Below are positions 18,441 to 27,075 of a stretch of 39,087 nucleotides of DNA, one piece after another. The DNA comes from a virus (taxonomy: Duplodnaviria > Caudoviricetes). The stretch is taken from positions 1 to 39,087 of the IMG/VR virus record IMGVR_UViG_3300032227_000820; one strand, written 5' to 3'. The position numbers and the translations under genes are program-made. The notes beneath the pieces are model-generated. The model saw only the letters and a list, made by a program, of their open reading frames with translations, was not told the origin of the DNA and searched no databases. The stretch's first letter is position 1. Every line of letters starts with the position of its first letter.

Positions 18441-19408
18441 TATCCGTTAGATTTTTTATCTTGTTCTGCAGCTGAAGTAAATTGGTTAGATACAGGTTTA
18501 GGAGTTATTTTTAAAGTTGAGTCTACAACAGGGTTTACATTATCTGTTAAATTTCTTCTAAATGAAAATGATTTTAATGGAAAATTTATTAGATCTGGGA
18601 TATCTATTTCTTGTGTACTTGTTAAGTATATTGAAGATCCGTCTTTATTAATATCCTCTACTATTGAATCAAATTTATTTCTAACAACTCTATCTCCCTG
18701 TCTATTTGTTATAATAGTTATTGGATCTCCGTTTGTTGTTGTTTTCCTAAACTCAGCATTAGTATCATCAAGCTTTGCAAGAGGTGTGGAGTTTTTAGAC
18801 CAGGTATTATTTGAATTTAATACAGTACTTCCAAATCTTATTGATTGTCCAAATCTTGCTTGTATTATAGTATCTCCTTCATAAGGAGTTAGATCTTTTA
18901 TATTAGGATTTTCTTCAAATGTAAAACCTAAAGGAAGAGTTTTACTTTTTGTTCCATTTCCTGAATATGTTGGTTTATTAGCGAATGTATTTAAATAATC
19001 TGCCCATTCTTCCATATTAGGAAATCCGTTATGGTTAGGATTATTCCACATTCCATAAGCAGGCATATAATAAAACTGTTGTTCTGTTGCTCTATCATTT
19101 AATTTTTTAGAAGGGCCGGCAAATATTAAAACTATTTCGTTAACTAATGGATATTGCTTAATAAAATACCACATAGGGTAAGCCGGTTCAGATACTTCTT
19201 TAGACTTTGAAGTAGATAGTGCAGAATATAGTAATTCATATTTTATAGAACCTATATCAGAAGGAGATCTATAATTAGGATCTTTTTTACCAGCTGCGGT
19301 ATTTGGTCCAAGTACAATAGATTTAACTCTTCCTATTTGGAAATATTGGCCACCACTTGCGCCATTATCAGAATCTAATTTAGGTCCAAATGTATATCCT
19401 GTAGACAT
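18440..19408 (-). CDS. baseplate hub/spike (gp5/VgrG-like), N-terminal OB-fold part
   Basis: GRVKSI...IGSIKY...AYP...YPLVNEIVLI...YY and EGDTIIQARFGQSIRFGST; position in the baseplate module. Confidence 0.6.
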   Translation of the reverse strand: MSTGYTFGPKLDSDNGASGGQYFQIGRVKSIVLGPNTAAGKKDPNYRSPSDIGSIKYELLYSALSTSKSKEVSEPAYPMWYFIKQYPLVNEIVLIFAGPSKKLNDRATEQQFYYMPAYGMWNNPNHNGFPNMEEWADYLNTFANKPTYSGNGTKSKTLPLGFTFEENPNIKDLTPYEGDTIIQARFGQSIRFGSTVLNSNNTWSKNSTPLAKLDDTNAEFRKTTTNGDPITIITNRQGDRVVRNKFDSIVEDINKDGSSIYLTSTQEIDIPDLINFPLKSFSFRRNLTDNVNPVVDSTLKITPKPVSNQFTSAAEQDKKSNG

Positions 19409-19770
19409 TATGCGCTAGGTAGTTGTTTAGGATCTTTAATTTGAATATTAGAAACCTCAGAAAATAGTTGCTCTATATCTTTTTCAGTAAGAACGCCAGA
19501 ATCTTCTGAATCACCAGCCTTTTTATTTTCTGCTGCTTTTTGGAATAGATTAAGCAGTTTTAAAAGAACTTCATCATTCTTTAAACTAGAGTCTATAAAT
19601 CCTTTAAGTAAAGGCACAACTACAATAGCATCACCAGGAGTTTCAATCATATCGGCAAGCCTCATAATCTCCTGTTTAATTGTAGAATCTTGGTTTTTTT
19701 GCTTATCGTATACCTCTTCTACAAGATTGGCAATTGTTTTACCTTTGAATATTTCCTTATCAAGTTCCAT
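19408..19770 (-). CDS. hypothetical helical protein
   Basis: 120 aa; first gene after an ATATTTAT motif; TAATG-coupled to the next gene. Confidence 0.8.
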   Translation of the reverse strand: MELDKEIFKGKTIANLVEEVYDKQKNQDSTIKQEIMRLADMIETPGDAIVVVPLLKGFIDSSLKNDEVLLKLLNLFQKAAENKKAGDSEDSGVLTEKDIEQLFSEVSNIQIKDPKQLPSA

Positions 19771-19781
19771 GACTTTTTAGA

Positions 19782-19789
19782 ATAAATAT
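19782..19789 (-). promoter_or_regulatory. ATATTTAT putative late promoter heading the baseplate operon
   Basis: 11 nt upstream of ATG 19770. Confidence 0.6.
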
Positions 19790-20541
19790 TAATAGTCATT
19801 ATTTTCAAGATATTCATTAAGGATAGTTCTGTAGATGTTTTTTAGCTTTTTGATTACCTTTGTAATGGTATTAGATTGGGTGTCAGCCATCTCTTTTACA
19901 TATATAAAGACAGCCTTTTTATTAAAAATGTCTATATTTTCCCTCTTTTTGAATATCTCTAAGATAGCATCAGCAACCTTTAATTCCTCTGTTTTGTCAA
20001 ATAATTCTAATAGATTGTCATCTACGTATTTGATGAAAAGCTCGACCACATCTAGCTTATCTAGCTCTGGTTCTGGTTCCTTTACAAGGATACTATTTAA
20101 CAATGCATCATCATCGTTTTGCTCTCCAATCTCCGCCTTTGCTACAAGTTTTTTGTAATTCTTTTGGTTATATATGATCAAATACCTTTTGGCAATTGTA
20201 CCAAAATATGAGTATGCTTTGCCTTTAGATTGATCGTAAAGGTCTAGTTTCTGTAGGAGAAATGATATTACTTCATACTTAAGATCTTCTATATTATCAA
20301 CTTCTGTATAATAGAATTTGAATGTATGAATGATATTCTCTACTAGTTTATAAAACCCGTAGTGAATGTCTTGATTATAAATCCTATTCCTTTCAGCTTG
20401 ATTTTTAGCAGCCCTATACCTTAGAATTGCTTCTTCAGTTTCTATTGTAAAATAATTATTTTTTGTTTTGGGTTTTCTTTTTCTAGGTTCGCCTTTCTTG
20501 GTTAATAAAACCTCCTCCTCATTTAATAGTATATCACTCAT
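19789..20541 (-). CDS. phage RNA polymerase sigma factor, T4 gp55-like (late transcription)
   Basis: NYF...LVENII..FKFY...EDLKYEVISFLLQKLDLYDQSKGKAYSYFGTIAKRYLI matches the sigma region-2 pattern (D...L..FD..K...F.YF..I). Confidence 0.7.
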   Translation of the reverse strand: MSDILLNEEEVLLTKKGEPRKRKPKTKNNYFTIETEEAILRYRAAKNQAERNRIYNQDIHYGFYKLVENIIHTFKFYYTEVDNIEDLKYEVISFLLQKLDLYDQSKGKAYSYFGTIAKRYLIIYNQKNYKKLVAKAEIGEQNDDDALLNSILVKEPEPELDKLDVVELFIKYVDDNLLELFDKTEELKVADAILEIFKKRENIDIFNKKAVFIYVKEMADTQSNTITKVIKKLKNIYRTILNEYLENNDY

Positions 20542-20542
20542 A

Positions 20543-20815
20543 TTATTCTTCTATGAATTCGTTAATTCTACTTTGCATTTGTTTTACATTTTCCATAAGA
20601 CTCAAGAACTCAGGATCGGATTGTACCCATAACTTAGAATCAATTTGATTTGCTGCAACGTTAATTTCTTTCATGCAGTCTTTAATATTGTCAATAAATA
20701 ACTGTTGTGTAATTACCATTGATTCTAATCTTCTATTCTTTTGGAATAGGTTCCAAATTATGTATCCAACTATAGATACTGCCCAAACTATTAGGGCTAT
20801 AATTCCTATTGTCAT
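20543..20815 (-). CDS. membrane-anchored small protein
   Basis: N-terminal TM segment IGIIALIVWAVSIVGYIIW followed by an amphipathic helix. Confidence 0.75.
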   Translation of the reverse strand: MTIGIIALIVWAVSIVGYIIWNLFQKNRRLESMVITQQLFIDNIKDCMKEINVAANQIDSKLWVQSDPEFLSLMENVKQMQSRINEFIEE

Positions 20816-20827
20816 AATATATTAATT

Positions 20828-21457
20828 TTAGTTTGATTCAATTTTACTAGACATCAAATCTGCTTGATGTAATATGTAAGCAATATTAGACCTTAATTCT
20901 GTATCTTTATTATATGTAATATAATACTGCTTATTTGCTTCTTCATACAAACCATCATGTAGTCTGATAGCTAGAAACTCATTCTCTGAAACTTGTATAC
21001 CATACTTCTGAAGTACAAACAAACTTCTTTCTGCTATTCTCATATGAGTTATAGCAGGGTTATAATTAAACATAAGACCTTGATTTTCCCTATGCCATTG
21101 TGATTGGTTAGGAATATAAACTGGTTCATCATTTGTACCTAGTTTACCAAGATCGTGATTAAGTGCTGAGAAAGCTAATTCTTCAGTTGTATAATTTTTA
21201 TTCTGGCCAAATTTATCCCAAACCTTTTCAAATACTAAAGCTGCTTCAGTAACTCTAATAACATGGTCCAAATAACCACCAGCAAAAGCATTATGGTGAC
21301 TTATTTTAGTAGATGCAGGAGAAGTGGCTAGTGTTTCTTCAATATCTTTATACATTTCAATAAGTTTATCTTTCCTATCTCCAGAAATATATTTATCAAT
21401 TAAAGAATAAAACTTGGCTAAATTATCAGCCATTTGCTCAGGACTTAAATTTTTCAT
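20828..21457 (-). CDS. HD-domain phosphohydrolase (YhaM-like)
   Basis: PAS...HHNAFAGGYLDH, NHDLGK, H, AIRLHDG, ILHQAD. Confidence 0.9.
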   Translation of the reverse strand: MKNLSPEQMADNLAKFYSLIDKYISGDRKDKLIEMYKDIEETLATSPASTKISHHNAFAGGYLDHVIRVTEAALVFEKVWDKFGQNKNYTTEELAFSALNHDLGKLGTNDEPVYIPNQSQWHRENQGLMFNYNPAITHMRIAERSLFVLQKYGIQVSENEFLAIRLHDGLYEEANKQYYITYNKDTELRSNIAYILHQADLMSSKIESN

Positions 21458-21470
21458 AACTTATTTTTAT

Positions 21471-21647
21471 TTAGAATTCACTTTCGCTATTTATTAAAAC
21501 TTCAATCTCTTCTAGTTTAGATTTTACTCTATCTAATTGAGCATGAATTTCTTCTTGTGGTCTTGATGTCGATACTAAAGCTCTTTGGGAATTTATTAAA
21601 TTGTTTAATTCAAAAATTTTCCTTAATATTAATTGTTTGTATTTCAT
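21471..21647 (-). CDS. small coiled-coil protein (58 aa, not in ORF track)
   Basis: MKYKQLILRKIFELNNLINSQRALVSTSRPQEEIHAQLDRVKSKLEEIEVLINSESEF*; fills an operon gap. Confidence 0.75.
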   Translation of the reverse strand: MKYKQLILRKIFELNNLINSQRALVSTSRPQEEIHAQLDRVKSKLEEIEVLINSESEF

Positions 21648-21656
21648 ATTATAAAT

Positions 21657-21977
21657 TTACAACTTTATTGTGTACTCCATCAATTGATCTATAGAGTGGA
21701 ATGCTCTACCTTTAATTTTATCATTAAACATAATTTTTTTATTTATATCTTCATATGTATTAGCTACATAAATTATCTCTTCTATAAAGTTAGTATTTAC
21801 CATTTTTAATACTATAGGATAATTAGAACATCCTATTAAGTCTTCAATAGAATCACAAATTTCGGTATCCGATTTACAAACTTCGTAGTCATAGTGAATG
21901 TAGTTTTTACTTAATTCTTGTTTTAGTTTTTCACACTTACTACAACCTTCTAATACTAATAATTTAATCTTGGTCAT
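21657..21977 (-). CDS. glutaredoxin/thioredoxin-fold protein
   Basis: KLLVLEGCSKCEKLK (CxxC) and cis-Pro motif NYPIV. Confidence 0.8.
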   Translation of the reverse strand: MTKIKLLVLEGCSKCEKLKQELSKNYIHYDYEVCKSDTEICDSIEDLIGCSNYPIVLKMVNTNFIEEIIYVANTYEDINKKIMFNDKIKGRAFHSIDQLMEYTIKL

Positions 21978-22131
21978 AAAATTCTTTATCTATTTTTTGC
22001 ATTATTTGATACCACATGTTTTTTTCTTCGTCTTTCATAGAATCAAATGTCATTGATAGGTAGATATATAATGCATTTAATTGCTCTTCTGTTATTTTAT
22101 CTCCATCTATTTGAAAATCTTCTACTTGCAT
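21964..22131 (-). CDS. small acidic protein (55 aa, not in ORF track)
   Basis: MQVEDFQIDGDKITEEQLNALYIYLSMTFDSMKDEEKNMWYQIMQKIDKEFYDQD*; overlaps the glutaredoxin start. Confidence 0.7.
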   Translation of the reverse strand: MQVEDFQIDGDKITEEQLNALYIYLSMTFDSMKDEEKNMWYQIMQKIDKEFYDQD

Positions 22132-22189
22132 AATAGCTAGTTTAAAGGTATTTAGCCTTTTTTTAGAGTGTGATTGACTTTGTTTTTCA

Positions 22190-22398
22190 TCTGTAGCTTA
22201 TACCTAAAATCCTTTAGCGGACTAAACCGTCGGATATGGCCGATATTATTTTAGGCTTTCACTACCAACTATTTTTATATACCTGAAGCATATATTGGTC
22301 TTTACTCCTGGTAGTCGCGTTGCTTACTCATTCTAAAACTCACTCATGGTATTTAACCAAGCTATGGCATAGAGCCTGAGTATACGACGTTAGTTTTA
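22190..22398 (-). ncRNA. candidate structured ncRNA / 5' leader
   Basis: No long ORF and GC-richer than flanks; nested stems 22398-22392/22340-22334, 22381-22377/22346-22342, 22315-22309/22267-22261, 22256-22248/22210-22202; directly downstream of a promoter-like motif. Confidence 0.55.
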
Positions 22399-22438
22399 CT
22401 AATATACAACAAATATTTGAAACAGAAAAATTTTTTTT
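22399..22438 (-). promoter_or_regulatory. host-sigma-type (Bacteroidota-like) promoter, leftward
   Basis: Minus strand AAAAAAAATTTTTCTGTTTCAAATATTTGTTGTATATTAG is near-identical to 34421-34461 on the plus strand. Confidence 0.6.
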
Positions 22439-22441
22439 AAT

Positions 22442-22478
22442 AAATATTTTTTTATGTCATTTTTTTGTCTTATATTTG
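22442..22478 (+). promoter_or_regulatory. Bacteroidota-type promoter for primase
   Basis: TATATTTG at 22471-22478 matches the Bacteroidota -7 consensus TAnnTTTG; divergent from the leftward promoter. Confidence 0.6.
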
Positions 22479-22482
22479 ATAA

Positions 22483-23412
22483 ATGGACAAAGAGTTACTC
22501 GTATTAGGATTACTAGAAACAGTTCTTGGTAAAGGAAAAGGATCTAAAACCACTATGGATTATGCATTCTATTGCCCAGTTTGTAAGCATCATAATCCTA
22601 AATTAATAGTGAATATTAAGTCTGGACAATATAATTGTTGGACTTGCCACCCTGCTACTAAAGGCAAAACACCAGTATCACTATTGAAAAAAGTAGATGC
22701 TCCTACTGAAAAGATTATCGAAATGAAAAATTATTTTCAAGGAGATAATACTAAGATTGATACTACAAAACCAAATAAAGTAACCTTACCAGAAGAATTC
22801 ATTTCATTATCTAATCCCGATAAATCTCTTGAGTGTAGACACGCTCTAACTTATCTAAAGAAAAGAAATATTTCTATTCAAGATATACAAAAGTATAATA
22901 TTGGATATTGTAAAACAGGAAGATATAGAAATAGAATCATAGTTCCTTCATATGATAAAGACGGAAATGTAAACTATTTTATAGCTAGATCATTTGAACC
23001 AGATCCTTCTCGTAAGTATGATGCTCCAAGTTGTAATAAAACTGAACTTATTGGTTTAGAGTACTTTGTTAATTGGTCTGTTCCTGTTATATTATGCGAA
23101 GGTATTTTTGATGCTATTGCAATTAAACGTAATGCTATTCCTCTATTCGGTAAAACTATTCCTCAGTCACTCATGATGAAATTAGTAGAATCTGAAGTAA
23201 AAACAGTATATTTGGCATTAGACAAAGATGCTCTTAAAGAAGCACTAGATTATTCACAAAATCTTCTTAATTTAGGTAAAGAAGTTTATTTAATAGAATT
23301 AGAAGGTAAAGATCCTTCTGACCTTGGTTTTAATAATATGACCAAGTTATTACATACTGCGAAGCCACTGTCTTTTGGAGACCTGCTTCTCAAAAAAATA
23401 CAACTAATATGA
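22483..23412 (+). CDS. DNA primase (Zn finger + TOPRIM)
   Basis: CPVC..H...CWTC zinc-binding domain; YLKKR; RIIVP; LCEGIFDAI; LALDKDA; GKDPSD. Confidence 0.93.
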   Translation: MDKELLVLGLLETVLGKGKGSKTTMDYAFYCPVCKHHNPKLIVNIKSGQYNCWTCHPATKGKTPVSLLKKVDAPTEKIIEMKNYFQGDNTKIDTTKPNKVTLPEEFISLSNPDKSLECRHALTYLKKRNISIQDIQKYNIGYCKTGRYRNRIIVPSYDKDGNVNYFIARSFEPDPSRKYDAPSCNKTELIGLEYFVNWSVPVILCEGIFDAIAIKRNAIPLFGKTIPQSLMMKLVESEVKTVYLALDKDALKEALDYSQNLLNLGKEVYLIELEGKDPSDLGFNNMTKLLHTAKPLSFGDLLLKKIQLI

Positions 23413-24203
23413 TCGAACAAAACAAGAATGTCTATAGAGACAAGTTCTTAAAAAGAATCGTTGAAACTGATCCTGAACTTAGACAAATTACTTTACATGA
23501 TGCTAGATACTATCAAAGATCTCCTGGAGTCTTTTATCCGTCTGTTACCACAATTCTTGGCTACTTTCCGAAAGGTGCTTTTTTCGAAACCTGGATTAAA
23601 GACATGGGTCATAATGCTGATATTGTTATGCGTCGCGCTGGTGATGAGGGAACTCAAGTCCACAATGCCGTAGAAAAGTTCTTAAAAGGTGAAGAAATTA
23701 GATGGATTGAACCTGATGGTAAAGTTAATTATCATACACATGTATGGAAGATGATCTTAAGCTTTACAGACTTTTGGATAACTTATAAGCCAACTCTTCT
23801 ATTATCAGAAGAATTCATGTTTAGTGACACCCATAAATACTCCGGTACTTTAGACCTATTAGTAGAAATCAATGGAGAAAAATGGCTTCTAGACATTAAA
23901 ACATCAAACTCAGTACATGAAAGCTACTACTTACAAATGTCAGCCTACACTAAAGCTTATGAAGAGAGATACCTCCAAAAAGTGGATCGTAACGGTATCA
24001 TATGGCTTAAATCTTCAAAGAGAGGGCCAGACAAGGCAGGCAAAAAAATGCAAGGCGCAGGTTGGGAAATAATTGAAGGAAAGAAGACAGTTGATGAATA
24101 TTTTAGTATGTTCTTACACACCTATGAGACTTACAAGATTATGCATCCTGAATCTGAAATTGAATTACTTACTCTACCCAATACCGTTAAACTTTTAGAT
24201 TAA
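23409..24203 (+). CDS. PD-(D/E)XK exonuclease
   Basis: YPSVTTIL, GTQVH..E, YSGTLD, LLDIKTS, LQMSAY. Confidence 0.9.
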   Translation: MIEQNKNVYRDKFLKRIVETDPELRQITLHDARYYQRSPGVFYPSVTTILGYFPKGAFFETWIKDMGHNADIVMRRAGDEGTQVHNAVEKFLKGEEIRWIEPDGKVNYHTHVWKMILSFTDFWITYKPTLLLSEEFMFSDTHKYSGTLDLLVEINGEKWLLDIKTSNSVHESYYLQMSAYTKAYEERYLQKVDRNGIIWLKSSKRGPDKAGKKMQGAGWEIIEGKKTVDEYFSMFLHTYETYKIMHPESEIELLTLPNTVKLLD

Positions 24204-24210
24204 TATTTAT
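24203..24210 (+). promoter_or_regulatory. ATATTTAT putative late promoter
   Basis: 7 nt upstream of ATG 24218. Confidence 0.6.
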
Positions 24211-24217
24211 TGGTAGT

Positions 24218-25003
24218 ATGATTAAGCTACTAGATTTATTATTAGAAGTAAAAGAAGGCAAAAAAGCTATTATAATGGCTGGTGGTGCTGGTGCCGGCAA
24301 ATCCACTTTTGTTAAACAGATTAGACCTGACTTAAAAAGTCAAGAATGGATTGAACTAAATGCAGATAAGTATGTAGAAGACAAAGATAGTCCTATGTAT
24401 AATAATCTAGCAGGAGCATCTATTCAGATTGATAAAAAAGATCTTCCTCAAACAATTCAATCTGGCAAAAATTTTTTATACGATACAACTGGCACTAACG
24501 TAGAGAGGGTATCTAATATTAAGGACTCTGGATATAATATTATGATGGTAATGGTATATACTAATCCTATAGTTAGTTTCCTTCGTAACTTTTCTAGAGA
24601 AAGAAAGGTTCCTACTGTTGGAGTATTATCTAGCTGGAATAACGTATATAAAAATATCGATACATATAAAAAAATGTTTGGAGATAATTTTTATTTAGTA
24701 GAAACAGGAGTATCTGATGAGGAAAAGAAAATGATATCTGAATTTGAAAAAGCTTACAAATCTAATAAATTAAAAGAATTTTTTGAGCAACTTTTATCTT
24801 CTGGCCAATTTAAGTCTACATTTAAAAAAGATCCTACCAAACAAAAATCTCCTGAAGAAATAGCAAAATCTAAAGCACTTGTTGATAAACAGATAGATAT
24901 ATTATCAAATCAGTTTGATACTATAGAAAAGCAAGTAGAAGAGTTAAAAACCCAAGATATGTCAAGTGTTGTGTCTAAAGCAAAATCATTTATTAAGTCA
25001 TGA
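24218..25003 (+). CDS. P-loop kinase (zeta toxin/AAA_33-like) with MIKLLDLLLE leader
   Basis: AIIMAGGAGAGKST Walker A, LNAD, LYDTTG, RNxxRERKVP lid motif. Confidence 0.85.
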   Translation: MIKLLDLLLEVKEGKKAIIMAGGAGAGKSTFVKQIRPDLKSQEWIELNADKYVEDKDSPMYNNLAGASIQIDKKDLPQTIQSGKNFLYDTTGTNVERVSNIKDSGYNIMMVMVYTNPIVSFLRNFSRERKVPTVGVLSSWNNVYKNIDTYKKMFGDNFYLVETGVSDEEKKMISEFEKAYKSNKLKEFFEQLLSSGQFKSTFKKDPTKQKSPEEIAKSKALVDKQIDILSNQFDTIEKQVEELKTQDMSSVVSKAKSFIKS

Positions 25004-25590
25004 TTAATTTTGAACAACTAGGAAGACAGATAGCAGAGGATATACTAAGAGAAGGATCTCCAGACGTAGGACCTTGTTTTTACCCTGGTAAATTTAAACC
25101 TCCTCATAAAGGACATTTTGAAGCTGCAAAGTATTTAGCATCTCAAAATTATATTAATAAGGTATATGTTGTTATATCTAATGTTACTAAATATGGTATA
25201 ACTCCTGAAGACTCTCTTTATATTTGGCAAGAGTATCTTAAAGCAGAACCCAATCCTAAAATAGAGGTATCAATATCTAAGGAGTCTACACCAATAAAAG
25301 ACATCTTTGCGTTCATGGCAGAGAATCCAGATGTTGATCCAGTATATGTTGCAGGCGGAGCTGAAGAAGTTGAAGGTATTGGATACTTTGATTCTATACA
25401 AAAAAGATTTCCTAATAGAGTAAGAAAAGAAGTAATACCTGCACAATTTGGCAGAATATCTGCAACTCAAATGAGAGCTGCAATTAAATCAGGTAACTTT
25501 GAAGAGTTCACTAAATTTATTCCAGACTCTGCATATAATAAAGGAGTTGCTAAAGATGTATTTGGAAGACTATTGAAAATAATGAAATGA
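25000..25590 (+). CDS. HxGH-class nucleotidyltransferase (cytidyltransferase-like)
   Basis: YPGKFKPPHKGH and ISATQMR motifs. Confidence 0.88.
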   Translation: MINFEQLGRQIAEDILREGSPDVGPCFYPGKFKPPHKGHFEAAKYLASQNYINKVYVVISNVTKYGITPEDSLYIWQEYLKAEPNPKIEVSISKESTPIKDIFAFMAENPDVDPVYVAGGAEEVEGIGYFDSIQKRFPNRVRKEVIPAQFGRISATQMRAAIKSGNFEEFTKFIPDSAYNKGVAKDVFGRLLKIMK

Positions 25591-26480
25591 AACCAGAACA
25601 AAGACAATATATAATAGAGGATTTTATTCAGTTCACAAAAGATAGATTGAACATAAATCAACTTCCTACAATTAGGTTTTTAAATGACCGTGAATGGGCT
25701 ACTGAAAAAAGAAGTTTTGGGCAATATGATCCTAATCAAAAACACTTAGACGTTTATATAGGTAATAGAAACCTAGCAGATATACTTAGAACTTTATGTC
25801 ATGAATTAGTTCATCATAGACAAAATGAGCTTGGTAAATTATATAATAATGCTGGAGAAACTGGTTCTAATATAGAGAATCAAGCTAATTCTTTAGCAGG
25901 CATAATGATGAGAGATTATGGTAAGACTAATGATCTTATTTATGAATCTCTTCTTCCCAGCCTTAAACAAATCTATGAAGTAGAACAATCTGCAGGTATT
26001 CAAATCTATTGTGATATGGATGGAGTATTATGCGATTTTGATGAAAGGTTTGAGCATTTTTATGGAGTTCAACCTAGAGAATACTATACTGAAAAAGGTT
26101 CTAAAGCATTTGAAGATGCTGTAAATAAAGCTGGTGTTGACTTTTGGGCTAAAATGAATTGGATGCCTGGAGGCCAAGAATTGTGGTCTATTATAGGAAA
26201 ATATAAGCCTTATATTCTAACTAGTCCAAGCAAATTTGAATTCGCTAAAGAAGGAAAGAAAATGTGGATAGAAAATAATTTAAATCCACAACCTAAAAAA
26301 GTTCTATTTGCTCAAACAGGAGATAAGCATTCTATGATGACTGCCGATCCCAAAAATTCTATGCTAATAGATGATTATTGGCCAAACCTAGCTCCATGGA
26401 AAGCATTAGGCGGTATTGCAATAATGCATAAAGACATTGATAAAACAAAAGATATATTAAGTAAATTTAGAATAAAATAG
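25587..26480 (+). CDS. fusion: HExxH zincin-like domain + HAD 5'(3')-deoxyribonucleotidase-like domain
   Basis: N-half LRTLCHELVHHRQ...ENQAN; C-half IYCDMDGVLCDF, ILTSP, K..W, LIDD. Confidence 0.85.
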   Translation: MKPEQRQYIIEDFIQFTKDRLNINQLPTIRFLNDREWATEKRSFGQYDPNQKHLDVYIGNRNLADILRTLCHELVHHRQNELGKLYNNAGETGSNIENQANSLAGIMMRDYGKTNDLIYESLLPSLKQIYEVEQSAGIQIYCDMDGVLCDFDERFEHFYGVQPREYYTEKGSKAFEDAVNKAGVDFWAKMNWMPGGQELWSIIGKYKPYILTSPSKFEFAKEGKKMWIENNLNPQPKKVLFAQTGDKHSMMTADPKNSMLIDDYWPNLAPWKALGGIAIMHKDIDKTKDILSKFRIK

Positions 26481-26482
26481 TT

Positions 26483-27061
26483 ATGTTACCAAAAGATTCT
26501 ACTCTAAAGAAAGAGTTTAAAAAAAGCGACGTTCAAAGGATGAGAAACATTATTACTGGCAAAACTGGTGATAGAACTCAAGTACTTGGAGGTTGGGAAA
26601 GTAAAATAGAAGAGCACAAAGAAGGTGATGTTTGGGAAGAGGATGGAAAGAAGTGGACTATAAAGAATGGTATCAAACAGTCTATTACCAAGCTAGATAA
26701 GTTTAAGCATCTTGTATCTTTACCTCTTACCTGTCCTAATTGTAAAAAGCCTATGAAGGCAGACGAACTGAACAAAAAGATGTATTCAATACATAAAGTA
26801 TGTTTGAATTGTGTTATTGATATGGAGTCTAAACTTAAGCTAGAAGGTAAGTATGAACAATATGAGAAGAATATTCTTAATATGAATAAGAATGCAAGCC
26901 TTGAAGAGTTTGAACAGGCTTTGGATTCATGGCTTGAGGAAAAAGATACATTTGTAACTGAGCAAGGAGACATTGAAAGTTGGCAAGGCGGAGACAAAAC
27001 CAAGATATATAAAGAGCTTAAAGAAAAGATACAGGAGTTTAGGAAAACAGATATTTATTAG
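26483..27061 (+). CDS. hypothetical protein with zinc finger
   Basis: EGDVWEE.GK.WTIKNGIKQ; CPNC...CLNC. Confidence 0.8.
   Translation: MLPKDSTLKKEFKKSDVQRMRNIITGKTGDRTQVLGGWESKIEEHKEGDVWEEDGKKWTIKNGIKQSITKLDKFKHLVSLPLTCPNCKKPMKADELNKKMYSIHKVCLNCVIDMESKLKLEGKYEQYEKNILNMNKNASLEEFEQALDSWLEEKDTFVTEQGDIESWQGGDKTKIYKELKEKIQEFRKTDIY
27051..27058 (+). promoter_or_regulatory. ATATTTAT putative late promoter
   Basis: 17 nt upstream of ATG 27076, embedded in the last codons of the previous gene. Confidence 0.55.
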
Positions 27062-27075
27062 TAAATCTATATAGT

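Noticed and set aside
22215-22325. Group I intron-like P7 pair (GCGACTA ... TAGTCC) on the minus strand
   Set aside because: The conserved flanking adenosines of J6/7 and J8/7 are missing, no P3/P4/P6 could be built, and no gene is interrupted.
23409-24203. Cas4-like nuclease as a sign of CRISPR-Cas
   Set aside because: No Fe-S cysteine cluster, no other cas genes and no repeat-spacer array seen; typical phage exonuclease beside primase.
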